Notes: generated by a model from the letters alone, not told the origin. DNA of 59,822 nt from a virus (IMGVR_UViG_3300021959_000041:1-59822); one strand, 5' to 3'. Shown: positions 7,043 to 16,483, numbered from the stretch's first letter. Translations and numbers: made by a program.

Positions 7043-7591
7043 ATGAAACTAACTTTATATCATGGCACTAGCTCGGTTCATCTGGATAAGATTCTGGAGT
7101 CTGGACTAGTCCCTAGATACAACAATGACTCAGAGTGGGAGTGTGCATCTCGACCAGATATGATTTATCTGACCAGTGCTTACCCTCTTTACTTTGCTGA
7201 GCATAGCATCAACCACAATGGTGGTGAACCTGTTGTCTTTGAAGTCGAGGTGGATACATTGAGACTCTACCCAGATGAAGACTTCTTAGAACAGGCGACA
7301 AGAAGCGAGAAGTATAAAGATTCATACTCCGAGCTTCAAGGTCTAGACATGGAAGCAAGGACTAAGTATTTTAGAGATAGCTTGGAAGAGTATAAGCATC
7401 ACTACGATGATAGTCTGAAGTTCCTAGGGAATTGTTGTCACAAAGGCATTATTAAACCCAAAAGGATTAGAAGGTATGTCATTCCAGATATGAGTATCAG
7501 GAGAAAGTCAGACCCTTCGATTACGACAAACAACTTCAGGTTTATGTCGCACTACTATGCCGAGCTGATACAAGAAATGTTTAACAAATAA
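7043..7591 (+). CDS. ADP-ribosyltransferase-fold protein (Tpt1/KptA-like or polyvalent ART-like)
   Basis: LYHGTS...ILESGL, IYLT, YFA, VVFEV motifs; start moved to ATG 7043, downstream of promoter P3. Confidence 0.65.
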   Translation: MKLTLYHGTSSVHLDKILESGLVPRYNNDSEWECASRPDMIYLTSAYPLYFAEHSINHNGGEPVVFEVEVDTLRLYPDEDFLEQATRSEKYKDSYSELQGLDMEARTKYFRDSLEEYKHHYDDSLKFLGNCCHKGIIKPKRIRRYVIPDMSIRRKSDPSITTNNFRFMSHYYAELIQEMFNK

Positions 7592-7602
7592 ATTACTAAC
7601 TA

Positions 7603-7740
7603 ATGAAACAAATAAATATTACTTGTACTTCTGACAAATCAGGAGTAGAAATACATAAAATCTTAGTGGACATTTTTTATAATAGTGGATACTCTGAAGA
7701 ATTTAAAAGTGCTGACTGGAAAATTAAAGGAGGGAATTAA
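7603..7740 (+). CDS. 45-aa hypothetical protein
   Basis: Read manually; fills the gap and has an A-rich leader. Confidence 0.6.
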   Translation: MKQINITCTSDKSGVEIHKILVDIFYNSGYSEEFKSADWKIKGGN

Positions 7741-7741
7741 A

Positions 7742-7972
7742 ATGCAACTAACAAGTAAACAGATTTTAAAAATGCTAGAGGAGATTGACAACGAGGCTAT
7801 CGATGTCGGTCTTCACTCTACCTGTCCTGTCACTGACAAGAAGGTAGGACTGGGTGTTAAATTAATTAACACGCCTGTGAGGTCTCAAAGACCAGTAGAT
7901 AATCTCTTTGCTATGCAGAACTTTGCAATGCAAGAGATGTTAAAAGCTATAACTAAAAAACCTAGCTTATGA
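7742..7972 (+). CDS. hypothetical protein, 76 aa
   Basis: ORF track 7685..7972; ATG 7742 directly after upstream stop. Confidence 0.7.
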   Translation: MQLTSKQILKMLEEIDNEAIDVGLHSTCPVTDKKVGLGVKLINTPVRSQRPVDNLFAMQNFAMQEMLKAITKKPSL

Positions 7973-8067
7973 TTTCAGAATGTTGTGATGCGATGCCATG
8001 GGTTGATGCAGCTTATGGCATCTGTAGTGATTGCAAAGAGCATTGCGATTTTTATTTAGAAGAGTAA
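7969..8067 (+). CDS. 32-aa Zn-finger-like peptide (MISECCDA...ICSDCKEHC)
   Basis: Read manually; ATGA coupling; CC...CxxCxxHC pattern. Confidence 0.7.
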   Translation: MISECCDAMPWVDAAYGICSDCKEHCDFYLEE

Positions 8068-8073
8068 AAGATT

Positions 8074-8127
8074 TGTCTCCCAATATCAACAATAGATTAT
8101 TATCTTAGTGAGGGGGACATTTTTTTT
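8074..8127 (+). terminator. intrinsic terminator closing the early region (30-nt loop)
   Basis: TGTCTCCC/GGGGGACA stem followed by a T run. Confidence 0.7.
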
Positions 8128-8170
8128 CTTTTGACTTGCATAAGTCAAATCTTTGTATTATCTTTGTCAC

Positions 8171-8356
8171 ATGATTTTAACCTGTAGCAAATGCGATAGC
8201 CAGAACTTAGAAGTTCTTCACGATGATTACCATGGTGAATACACAAGCTTGACTTACATTTGTTCAGATTGTCAAACTAAAACAACTAACTATTATGATG
8301 CAATTTTTACTTTCAATACCAGCCTTCCGAAGATACAGAAGGAAGAGGTTACATAA
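8171..8356 (+). CDS. Zn-ribbon protein
   Basis: CSKC...CSDC; TATCTTTG promoter element at 8159-8166, 4 nt before ATG. Confidence 0.7.
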   Translation: MILTCSKCDSQNLEVLHDDYHGEYTSLTYICSDCQTKTTNYYDAIFTFNTSLPKIQKEEVT

Positions 8357-8579
8357 AGATTATGTATATAGCAATATGCTTCAGCTTAGAAATGAAGCAG
8401 TCAGATTACTTATCTCTGTAAGTAATGGAGATGACATCCAGAAGGTCAGAGATTCAAGACAAAAACCTTATGTGATTTGCAAAATATCTCAAGGTGATTT
8501 ATATTTACTTAAAGAAGCAAAGAGAAAATATTCTTTAGCTTCCAAATATAAACGAAGACTACAACTCCTTAACTTTTAA
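8295..8579 (+). CDS. basic hypothetical protein (start uncertain)
   Basis: ORF track; fits the operon. Confidence 0.55.
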   Translation: MMQFLLSIPAFRRYRRKRLHKDYVYSNMLQLRNEAVRLLISVSNGDDIQKVRDSRQKPYVICKISQGDLYLLKEAKRKYSLASKYKRRLQLLNF

Positions 8580-8581
8580 TT

Positions 8582-8749
8582 ATGCCACAAGAAAAAACAT
8601 TTGAAGAGTTAAGAATTGAAACTATAGTGAATCTAATTAAAGATACTTTAGTAGATTTAGAAATATTACAATCGAGTAGTGGTAACATGTCTTATGACCA
8701 AGACCAACGATTGAAAAAAATAATAACTAATCTTAAAAAAATACAATGA
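8582..8749 (+). CDS. 55-aa hypothetical protein
   Basis: Read manually (MPQEKTFEELRIETIV...); ATGA coupling to next gene. Confidence 0.65.
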   Translation: MPQEKTFEELRIETIVNLIKDTLVDLEILQSSSGNMSYDQDQRLKKIITNLKKIQ

Positions 8750-9048
8750 AAGAATATATCTATCAACAATATTTAAATAACATCTGTTCCCACATGGGGA
8801 TAGAGAGTTCTGATTTGTTTGTTAAGTCAAAGGAGACAGGAGTGGTCGATGGAAGACAACTCCTGTACTACCTTTGTTACAACAATAGCAATATGAAGCT
8901 AACAGAAATCAGTACATACACAAACAACCAAGGATTCCATGAAGACCAAGCTAATATATCTAGGTCAGTAGAATCATTCAGTAAGAAACTTGAGTCTGAT
9001 AAAGACCTTCAAGCAATCGTTGATAAAATTAAAAGGGTTGAAGTGTAA
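8746..9048 (+). CDS. DnaA domain IV-like helix-turn-helix protein
   Basis: DLFVKSKETGVVDGRQLLYYLC...LTEI...DQANISRSV resembles the DnaA C-terminal DNA-binding domain. Confidence 0.65.
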   Translation: MKEYIYQQYLNNICSHMGIESSDLFVKSKETGVVDGRQLLYYLCYNNSNMKLTEISTYTNNQGFHEDQANISRSVESFSKKLESDKDLQAIVDKIKRVEV

Positions 9049-9430
9049 TAATTTACAGGAGGTATTTGACCAAGCTAAGCATACCCATGGGTGTGTAAAT
9101 ATAGATGGGTCTGGATACCAAGCCTATATCTATCTGGGGGTGAAGATTTCCAGAGATGACCTGACCGAAGAGATAATAATATATGACCCACAAAAAAGCA
9201 TACATTATTATGTTGAGATTGAGAAATATTTATATGACTTGTTTCTTGATAAAGGTTGGAGAGATGCAGTCATTCATATAACACTAGAGAAGTACAAATC
9301 AAAACTTGAGAGAATCAAGGAGGGTATTTCAAAAGAGATGAATGGAAGCCAAAGTCCTAAAAGACTAAGAGTTCTCAAAGAGATGCGAGAGCAAATATTA
9401 AAGAAGTATTATAAACTAACACAAAAATAA
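8990..9430 (+). CDS. hypothetical protein (start possibly TTG 9038)
   Basis: ORF track. Confidence 0.7.
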   Translation: MSLIKTFKQSLIKLKGLKCNNLQEVFDQAKHTHGCVNIDGSGYQAYIYLGVKISRDDLTEEIIIYDPQKSIHYYVEIEKYLYDLFLDKGWRDAVIHITLEKYKSKLERIKEGISKEMNGSQSPKRLRVLKEMREQILKKYYKLTQK

Positions 9431-9433
9431 CTA

Positions 9434-10027
9434 ATGAGTAATAAATTAAATACATTCGATATACTTTCTAAAGTAAATGTCAATGACTTTACAAAAAAGA
9501 AAGGTCAACTTACATATTTATCATGGTCACATGCATGGGCAGAAGTTAAAACAAGATTTCCAGATGCATCGTACACCTATTATGTAAATCCAGAAACCAA
9601 TCAACCATATTCTTTTGAAGAAAATGTAGGTGGGTTCTGTCATACATCGGTAACAATATCAGGGGAAACTTTGTCTATGTGGTTACCTATCTTAAACTAT
9701 AGTAACAAGTCGGAAATGAATCCAAAAGCATTTGACATTAACACTTGTCTCATGAGGTGTTTAACTAAAAACTTAGCAATGTTTGGACTAGGTTTTTATA
9801 TATATAAAAGCGAAAGTTTTCCAGTTGATATAGAAGAAGAAAAAGAAAAGCCAGTAACTTCAAAGCTAAAACCTATGAGTGAAGCCAATTATCCAGTTAT
9901 ATTAAAAACTGCTAAAGTCTATCAGAAAGAAAAGATGAAGTGGGATGATATAACTTTAAAAATTAGCAAAAAGTTTGTCTTAGATATTGAGCTTTTACAA
10001 AAACTTGAAAAAGAGCTTTATGGATAG
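9434..10027 (+). CDS. sak: Sak/Rad52-like single-strand annealing protein (DUF1071)
   Basis: LTYLSWSHAW, MWLPILNY, INTCLMRCLTKNLAMFGLGFYIY motifs. Confidence 0.85.
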   Translation: MSNKLNTFDILSKVNVNDFTKKKGQLTYLSWSHAWAEVKTRFPDASYTYYVNPETNQPYSFEENVGGFCHTSVTISGETLSMWLPILNYSNKSEMNPKAFDINTCLMRCLTKNLAMFGLGFYIYKSESFPVDIEEEKEKPVTSKLKPMSEANYPVILKTAKVYQKEKMKWDDITLKISKKFVLDIELLQKLEKELYG

Positions 10028-10841
10028 AGATAAAATTATAGAGCAACTCAAGGATGATGAGTTATACTATGGTGAGTTTGGTAAGCAGTTCTTATCTAAC
10101 TCAGACCTTAAATATCTTAAGACTGAAAGTTCAGCTAAAGAGTTTCGTTCAGTTAAAAAGTTTTCAAACACTGAGCTACTTAATTTAGAGTTAGGTAGAT
10201 ACTTTCATCAGCTAATGCTTGAGCCAGATAAAGCTAAAGACTTTCCGATGGTCGATGTAAAGACTAGAAATGCAAACGAGTACAAGCAATACTTAGAAGA
10301 TAACAATCTGGAGTATGTGCTTAGAACTTCAGAGGCTCAAGATATCAAAGACCTTGCTGACTGGGTGTTAAATCCTAAGTCAGAGTATGGTACTGATAGA
10401 GTCAGAGTTTTACTTAACAACCCAATTGCACTTAAAGAGCAACCAGCAGTAGCTGAGTTACATGGCCACATGTTTAAAGGTAAGGCAGACCTTATTACTT
10501 TAGATTTGGATGGTCAGTATGTTATAATAGATTTAAAAACCACTGGAAGTAATCCATCTGATATTAATATATATAGGATGCGAGATTTCGGATACCATTC
10601 CCAGTGCTACTTATATAAGGAACTTTTCGGTATGGACTTTAAGTTCATCTTCTTTGGAAAGAAACCGAAGGTAAATGAGAGTGGTGAAATCTATTATGAT
10701 ATTGAAGAGATAACTCCATCAGAAGATACTATTGAAAGTGGTAAGATGGCAGTTATGAATGCACTAGCAAACTACGATAAGTTTTTTGGGGAAGGTGCAA
10801 CACACGATGTGCGAAAGTCGTACACGAGAAGAGTAATTTAA
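10020..10841 (+). CDS. PD-(D/E)XK exonuclease (RecE/exonuclease VIII-like)
   Basis: LSNS, GRYFHQLMLEP, KGKADL, IIDLKTT, YHSQCYLY; next to SSAP. Confidence 0.8.
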   Translation: MDRDKIIEQLKDDELYYGEFGKQFLSNSDLKYLKTESSAKEFRSVKKFSNTELLNLELGRYFHQLMLEPDKAKDFPMVDVKTRNANEYKQYLEDNNLEYVLRTSEAQDIKDLADWVLNPKSEYGTDRVRVLLNNPIALKEQPAVAELHGHMFKGKADLITLDLDGQYVIIDLKTTGSNPSDINIYRMRDFGYHSQCYLYKELFGMDFKFIFFGKKPKVNESGEIYYDIEEITPSEDTIESGKMAVMNALANYDKFFGEGATHDVRKSYTRRVI

Positions 10842-10851
10842 ACATATATAT

Positions 10852-11088
10852 ATGAGTGATTATAAACACAAAGATGGTATGGGTTCTTTATTTCCTAATA
10901 AGTATAAGGAGAAAGAAAACCAGCCTGACCATAAGGGTACAATGACAGACCTTAATGGACAAGTTTGGGAGATTGCTGGGTGGAATAGTACTACCCAAGC
11001 AGGTGACCCAAAGATTTCCATCAAGCAAAGCAAACCCTATGTCAAGCCTGAAGATAAGGAAGACAAAAAAGGTGAAGACCTTTTCTAG
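10852..11088 (+). CDS. small SSB-like protein (DUF736-like)
   Basis: GSLFPN...QPDHKG...IAGW; acidic tail ending EDLF. Confidence 0.65.
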   Translation: MSDYKHKDGMGSLFPNKYKEKENQPDHKGTMTDLNGQVWEIAGWNSTTQAGDPKISIKQSKPYVKPEDKEDKKGEDLF

Positions 11089-11110
11089 TTAATTAAATTT
11101 AATTTATAAC

Positions 11111-11167
11111 AGGAGTGAGGAGATTTTTTTCTTTTCATATTAATTGGTTTTCTCCTCCTCCTTTTTT
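11111..11167 (+). terminator. terminator-like hairpin with a 27-nt U-rich loop
   Basis: AGGAG-T-GAGGAGA / TCTCCTC-CTCCT stem followed by a T run. Confidence 0.65.
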
Positions 11168-11181
11168 AACAAACAAACAAA

Positions 11182-13581
11182 TTGAAAACAGAAGTAACAA
11201 TATTTAAAAACATACTGGAGACCGATACGCCTTTTCACAGAGATGTGATGTTCATACTGGACAGGATTAAAGAGGGAAAGAATAGTGAACTGGTTAAAAG
11301 AATTAGAAACGAAAAAAATAAGTCAGAGAGAAACGAGCTTAAGAAAAAGCTTCCATCAATATGTTTCTCTGGAGTATTCAACAAGCGTTCTGACTCAGCA
11401 TTGGTTGAGCATAGTGGTCTTATCTGTTTAGACTTTGATGGATATGAAAAGAAGAAAGACCTAACAGATGACAGAGCAAAGTTTGAAAAGAATAAGTTTG
11501 TCTTTGCAGTTTTTGTTTCACCCTCTGGTAATGGACTAAAGGTTTTAGTTAGGATACCTAAAGACCCAGAGAACCACACAAAGTATTTCAATGCCCTTAA
11601 AAAACATTTTGCATCATCTTACTTTGATACTACATCAAAAAATATTTCAAGAGTATGCTATGAAAGTTTTGATAAACAAATCTATGTCAATCAGAAAAGT
11701 AAACTATGGGAAAAATTAGAAGAAGAAGAGTACCAAGAAAAGCATTTAGCACAAGGTCAACCACTGCTAAAAATTACAGACGAAAGAAAGATAGTAGAGA
11801 TTCTACTCAAGTGGTGGCAATCTAAGTACCCTATGACCGAGGGTCAGAGGAATCACAATGTCTATGTGATAGCTCAGGCTTTGAATGAGTTTGGTATCAA
11901 TAAGACTACTGCATCTATTATATGTAATAATTATGCAACAAAAGACTTTCCATCCAGAGAGATAGATAGTACAATCGACTCAGCGTATAGCAAGACTCAT
12001 CTGTTTAACACAAAGTATTATGAGAACACTGAGATAATAGATAATGTAAAGCAAAGACTTAAAAGGGGTGAGCCAAAGAAAGAGGTTAAGAAAGACCTGC
12101 AGAGGAGTGAATTACCTGACCATACAATTGAGGCAGTTATAAAGAAAGCTGAAGAGGGAAAGGATGAGGAGTTTTGGACAAAGAATGAGAAGGGTGTGAT
12201 AAAGATAGTGCCATTATACTTCAAGAAGTTCTTAGAGGATTGTGGATTTTATAAATATACTCCAGAGGGAAGCAATAGTTTTGTGTTTGTAAGAGTGACC
12301 AACAATCTTATAGACCATTCAAGTGAAAAGCAAATAAAAGATTTCGTATTAGACTATCTGTATCAGATTGAAGATGTGTCGATTTATAATTACTTTGCAG
12401 AGCAAACCAGATACTTTAAAGAAGAGTTTCTTACATTAATAAACACAATCGATGTATATTTTATAGAAGATACTAAGGATACATCTTATCTATATTTTAA
12501 AAATTGTGCTGTACAAATTAAAAAATACGAGGTCTCAGCTATAGATTATGTAGACCTTGATGGGTATGTATGGAAAGACCAAGTAATCGACAGGGCGTTT
12601 CGTGAGTGCCTGATTACAGAGTGTGACTACAAAACATTCATACATAATGTGTGTGGACAGAATGAAAAGAGAACTCTTTCGATGGAGTCAACCATTGGAT
12701 TCTTAATGCATGGTCATAAGAACTTATCTTATTGTCCAGCAGTTATACTAAACGATGAGGTTATCTCTGACAATCCAGAGGGAGGAACAGGTAAGGGTAT
12801 ATTCATGAATGCTCTGAGTCACATGAAAAAACTTGTTACTATTGATGGTAAAGCTTTTGCTTTTGAGAAATCATTTGCCTATCAACTGGTCTCGGTGGAT
12901 ACTCAGATACTCTGCTTTGATGATGTCAAGAAGTATTTCAATTTTGAAAGACTCTTCAGTGTAGTAACAGAAGGTTTGACTCTGGAGAAGAAAAACAAGG
13001 ATGCTATTAAGATACCATTTAGCAAGAGCCCTAAGATAGCTATCACCACAAACTATGCCATAAAGGGTACAGGTAATTCTTTTCAAAGAAGGAAGTGGGA
13101 GCTTGAACTTTACCAACACTATACTAAATCTTATACACCACAAGATGAGTTCGGAAAACTATTCTTTGGAGACTGGGATGATGATGAGTGGTGTGTGTTT
13201 GATAACTATATGATTGAATGTCTTCAGTTGTATTTAAAAGAAGGGTTAATTGAAAGTGAGTTTGTTAATCTTAAAATCAGACAACTCTCAGCCTCAACAT
13301 CTCATGACTTTATTGAGTGGTGTGGATTGTTAGCTGACTCAAATGAAAATGATAAGTTAGGGGTGGGCTTAAAAATATATAAGAATGAATTGTACTTTGA
13401 CTTCATTAATGAATACCCGGACTACGGACCGAAGTCCAAGATGACTATAAGTAGACAAGTCTTTTATAAGTGGCTGCATTTTTATGCGGAATATGCGACA
13501 GGTCATCCACCTGTAGAAGGGAAGGACATGACAGGTCGATGGATAGAATTGACAGAGCCAGACATTGAACCAGCTTTTTAA
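11182..13581 (+). CDS. primase-helicase fusion (BT4734/VirE-N-like primase, PriCT-like domain, SF3-type P-loop helicase)
   Basis: KKKLPSICFSG, SGLICLDFD, FVSPSGNGLK, SRVCYES; EGQRNH; Walker A GGTGKG, Walker B LCFDD, ITTN. Confidence 0.85.
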   Translation: MKTEVTIFKNILETDTPFHRDVMFILDRIKEGKNSELVKRIRNEKNKSERNELKKKLPSICFSGVFNKRSDSALVEHSGLICLDFDGYEKKKDLTDDRAKFEKNKFVFAVFVSPSGNGLKVLVRIPKDPENHTKYFNALKKHFASSYFDTTSKNISRVCYESFDKQIYVNQKSKLWEKLEEEEYQEKHLAQGQPLLKITDERKIVEILLKWWQSKYPMTEGQRNHNVYVIAQALNEFGINKTTASIICNNYATKDFPSREIDSTIDSAYSKTHLFNTKYYENTEIIDNVKQRLKRGEPKKEVKKDLQRSELPDHTIEAVIKKAEEGKDEEFWTKNEKGVIKIVPLYFKKFLEDCGFYKYTPEGSNSFVFVRVTNNLIDHSSEKQIKDFVLDYLYQIEDVSIYNYFAEQTRYFKEEFLTLINTIDVYFIEDTKDTSYLYFKNCAVQIKKYEVSAIDYVDLDGYVWKDQVIDRAFRECLITECDYKTFIHNVCGQNEKRTLSMESTIGFLMHGHKNLSYCPAVILNDEVISDNPEGGTGKGIFMNALSHMKKLVTIDGKAFAFEKSFAYQLVSVDTQILCFDDVKKYFNFERLFSVVTEGLTLEKKNKDAIKIPFSKSPKIAITTNYAIKGTGNSFQRRKWELELYQHYTKSYTPQDEFGKLFFGDWDDDEWCVFDNYMIECLQLYLKEGLIESEFVNLKIRQLSASTSHDFIEWCGLLADSNENDKLGVGLKIYKNELYFDFINEYPDYGPKSKMTISRQVFYKWLHFYAEYATGHPPVEGKDMTGRWIELTEPDIEPAF

Positions 13582-13582
13582 A

Positions 13583-14827
13583 ATGAAATTTAGAGATTAC
13601 CAAATACAGATAATTGAAAAAGCGAAGGGTGTGCTTCAGGCACACCGCTTCGTTTATCTTTCAATGGAGGTGAGAACAGGAAAGACTCTGACTGCTTTGG
13701 GAGTGGCAGATAGACTGGGCATAAAGAACCTTTTGTTTGTCACTAAGAAGAAAGCTATTAGTTCAATCGAGGCTGACTATAATAAGTTGAAGCCAAGTTA
13801 TAGCATAACTATAATAAACTATGAAAGCCTTCATAAGGTTAGAATCAATCAACCTAACAGTGTTGATTTAATTGTACTTGATGAGGCGCATACCTTAGGT
13901 GCATACCCAAAGCCAAGCAAGAGGACTAAGCTAGTCAAAGAAATAATTTTAAGACAGAACCCTTATGTAATCCTTATGTCTGGAACTCCTACTCCAGAAT
14001 CATTCAGTCAGATATATCATCAAGTGTATGCTTGTCCTAAGAATCCATTTATTGAGTATAAAAGCTTTTATAAATTTGCTAAAGATTATGTTAATGTTGT
14101 TCAAAAAGTAATCAACTCCTTTCACATAAACAACTACGATGATGGTAAACCTGTGATACTGGACAGGATGAAACCATACATGATAAGTTATACTCAGAAG
14201 GAAGCGGGGTTTAAATCAGAGATAAAAGAACATGTATTGAAAGTAGAAATGAGTAAACTCACATACGACTTTGTAAAAGAAATGAGAGAGCATGGAATAA
14301 TAACAGGAAAGAAAACGAAGGAAGTAATCCTAGGAGATACAGGAGTAAAGAAGATGTCAAAAATACACCAGCTTTTTTCTGGAACTGTGAAGTTAGAAAA
14401 TGGAAAGCGTATGGTAACTGACTTATCAAAAGCTAGGTTTATAGGCGCTGAATTTAAAAGCAGGAAGATAGGTATATTCTATAAGTTTAAAGCAGAGTAT
14501 GATGCTTTAAAACAAGTCTATGGAGATAACCTGACTGATGACTTGCAGGAGTTCAAGACAACCAATAAAAATATAGCCCTTCAGATTGTTAGTGGGCGTG
14601 AAGGAATAAGTTTAAAGGAGGCTGATTGTCTTGTGTACTACAATATAGATTTCTCGGCTCTGAGTTACTGGCAGTCTCGTGACAGGATGACAACTAAAGA
14701 TTCTAAGGTAAGTGATGTTTATTGGATATTTGCAGAGAGAGGGATTGAAACTAAAATATATAAAACTGTAACCAATAAAAAAGATTACACCCTCAGACAT
14801 TTCAAAAAAGATTTACTAAGTTTATAA
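13583..14827 (+). CDS. SF2 (SNF2-like) helicase
   Basis: RDYQ, RTGKT, INYESL, LDEAH, MSGTP, SGREGISL, QSRDR motifs. Confidence 0.88.
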   Translation: MKFRDYQIQIIEKAKGVLQAHRFVYLSMEVRTGKTLTALGVADRLGIKNLLFVTKKKAISSIEADYNKLKPSYSITIINYESLHKVRINQPNSVDLIVLDEAHTLGAYPKPSKRTKLVKEIILRQNPYVILMSGTPTPESFSQIYHQVYACPKNPFIEYKSFYKFAKDYVNVVQKVINSFHINNYDDGKPVILDRMKPYMISYTQKEAGFKSEIKEHVLKVEMSKLTYDFVKEMREHGIITGKKTKEVILGDTGVKKMSKIHQLFSGTVKLENGKRMVTDLSKARFIGAEFKSRKIGIFYKFKAEYDALKQVYGDNLTDDLQEFKTTNKNIALQIVSGREGISLKEADCLVYYNIDFSALSYWQSRDRMTTKDSKVSDVYWIFAERGIETKIYKTVTNKKDYTLRHFKKDLLSL

Positions 14828-14829
14828 TT

Positions 14830-15048
14830 ATGAAAGAACAAAAATTAATAGAGATGATGAACAAGCTAGACAAGCTTGACAACATCATGCAAGAAGTCAT
14901 CAAAGAGATGATGAATATCAGAAGCCTATCGGTTGGAACACTTGAAGCTCTCAAGAGAATGAAAGGATACGACAAAGCTATCGAGCAACTTAAAAAAGAT
15001 GCAGCTAAAGATAAAGAGAAAGCTGAAAATGAAGGACAGAAAAACTAA
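14830..15048 (+). CDS. coiled-coil hypothetical protein
   Basis: ORF track. Confidence 0.75.
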   Translation: MKEQKLIEMMNKLDKLDNIMQEVIKEMMNIRSLSVGTLEALKRMKGYDKAIEQLKKDAAKDKEKAENEGQKN

Positions 15049-15427
15049 TTTCGATTACGATTTAATTATTGGTCAACAAGGAGAAAAATTGGTTGACCAT
15101 ATTTTTAAAAATTCAACCATTGAAGTTAAAAGAGACTTTTGGACAGGAACGACAGGTAATATTGCAGTTGAGTTCGAGAGCAGAGGTAAACCTTCTGGGA
15201 TTGCTAAAACTAAATCAGATTATTACGCATTTGTTTTAGCTGAACAATTCAGAGATGAGGTAATAATTATAATTAAAACAAGTAGATTAAAACAGATTGC
15301 TAGAAAGTACTATTTAAAAGGACGTGTTAAGGAAATGGGTGACGACAAAACATCTCTATCGGTTTTAATACCAATAAAAGATTTAAGTAACTTTGCATAT
15401 AATGACAGAGCAACAGATACAAACTAA
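15029..15427 (+). CDS. PD-(D/E)XK-type nuclease
   Basis: GE...IEVKRD...TGNIAVE...GKPSGI...SDYY. Confidence 0.6.
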   Translation: MKDRKTNFDYDLIIGQQGEKLVDHIFKNSTIEVKRDFWTGTTGNIAVEFESRGKPSGIAKTKSDYYAFVLAEQFRDEVIIIIKTSRLKQIARKYYLKGRVKEMGDDKTSLSVLIPIKDLSNFAYNDRATDTN

Positions 15428-15641
15428 AAAGATTAAAGAGCTGGAGGCTGATGGTTATTTTGTTATTAAATTAATCAAGACTAATAAGAATGGTATACCA
15501 GATGTATTAGCATTACACCCAGATTATGGTATTGAGTTTTATGAAATCAAAACCAAGAAGGGTAAAGTGTCTAAGCTTCAGGAGTACCGCATGAAAGAAC
15601 TAAAAGAATATGGATTTACCGCAGAGGTTTACAGGGGATGA
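15402..15641 (+). CDS. VRR-NUC nuclease (Holliday junction resolvase-like)
   Basis: EQQIQ...GIPDVL...FYEIK...GKVSKLQ; TAACTTTG promoter element at 15388-15395. Confidence 0.85.
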   Translation: MTEQQIQTKKIKELEADGYFVIKLIKTNKNGIPDVLALHPDYGIEFYEIKTKKGKVSKLQEYRMKELKEYGFTAEVYRG

Positions 15642-15954
15642 ACATTTTTACGAAATGGAAGAAAACTTTTTAGAGGAGCTTGAGACTTTACCTCCACTAT
15701 ATAGTGCTGGAATTATAATGCAGTTAGATAAGTTGGCAAGTGAAATGCATGAAGAAAAAAAATACGCTGATGAACCAAGAAGGTTTGGCATGGTTGCAGG
15801 TGTTGTTGCTATGCAAGAACCATTGTTTTTTAGTGTAGAATATCTTAACTCAAGAAGTATGTTTCCTTTGTTTTATAAATTTAATATTATAACTTCGGAT
15901 GAATACTTAGACTACTTAAACCTAAACAAAACTATTGACTATGAAAACAATTGA
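15610..15954 (+). CDS. hypothetical protein
   Basis: ORF track; start uncertain. Confidence 0.7.
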   Translation: MDLPQRFTGDEHFYEMEENFLEELETLPPLYSAGIIMQLDKLASEMHEEKKYADEPRRFGMVAGVVAMQEPLFFSVEYLNSRSMFPLFYKFNIITSDEYLDYLNLNKTIDYENN

Positions 15955-16471
15955 AATAAAAGAATCCTCAAAACTAAAAGCAATAAGAAATGAAGTCGTT
16001 AACAAATTTAACGCAGATATAACAAAGAAAAACAGAAACCGAGAACTTGTGTATGGAAGAGCTGTTTACTATAAGCTATGCAAAAACCTAACCAGTCATT
16101 CTCTGACTGACATTGGCTCATTTATATGTAAAGACCACGCCACTGTGCTTCATGGCTTAAAAGTTTTTGAAACTTTTGAATTAAACAACGATTATTACTA
16201 CCTCAATGCTTATGAAGAAATGTTTAATAAATTAAAATTAAACTATGCCATTAACATAAAAAACCCTAGGGATTTAAAAACAAAATATTACAAGTATATA
16301 AATGAAAACATTAATTTAAAAGAGAAAAACAAATTAATGCGTGTTCTAATTCAAAAAGAGTTTAAAGATATATTTAATGAGTGTAGAAAAGAGTTTGGGT
16401 ATGTTCCACAAACTGCATACTTGAAGCAAAGATTTGCAAAAATTAACGAAATGTTGAAAAAAATTTCATAA
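15935..16471 (+). CDS. DnaA domain IV-like protein with C-terminal extension
   Basis: KNRNRELVYGRAVYYKLCKNLTSHSLTDIGSFICKDHATVLHG matches the DnaA signature region. Confidence 0.8.
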   Translation: MTMKTIEIKESSKLKAIRNEVVNKFNADITKKNRNRELVYGRAVYYKLCKNLTSHSLTDIGSFICKDHATVLHGLKVFETFELNNDYYYLNAYEEMFNKLKLNYAINIKNPRDLKTKYYKYINENINLKEKNKLMRVLIQKEFKDIFNECRKEFGYVPQTAYLKQRFAKINEMLKKIS

Positions 16472-16483
16472 CTTTAAGTTGTA

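Noticed and set aside
8082-8111. Loop of the early terminator as an antisense seed
   Set aside because: Its reverse complement has no start codon context and I saw no target; kept as a terminator only
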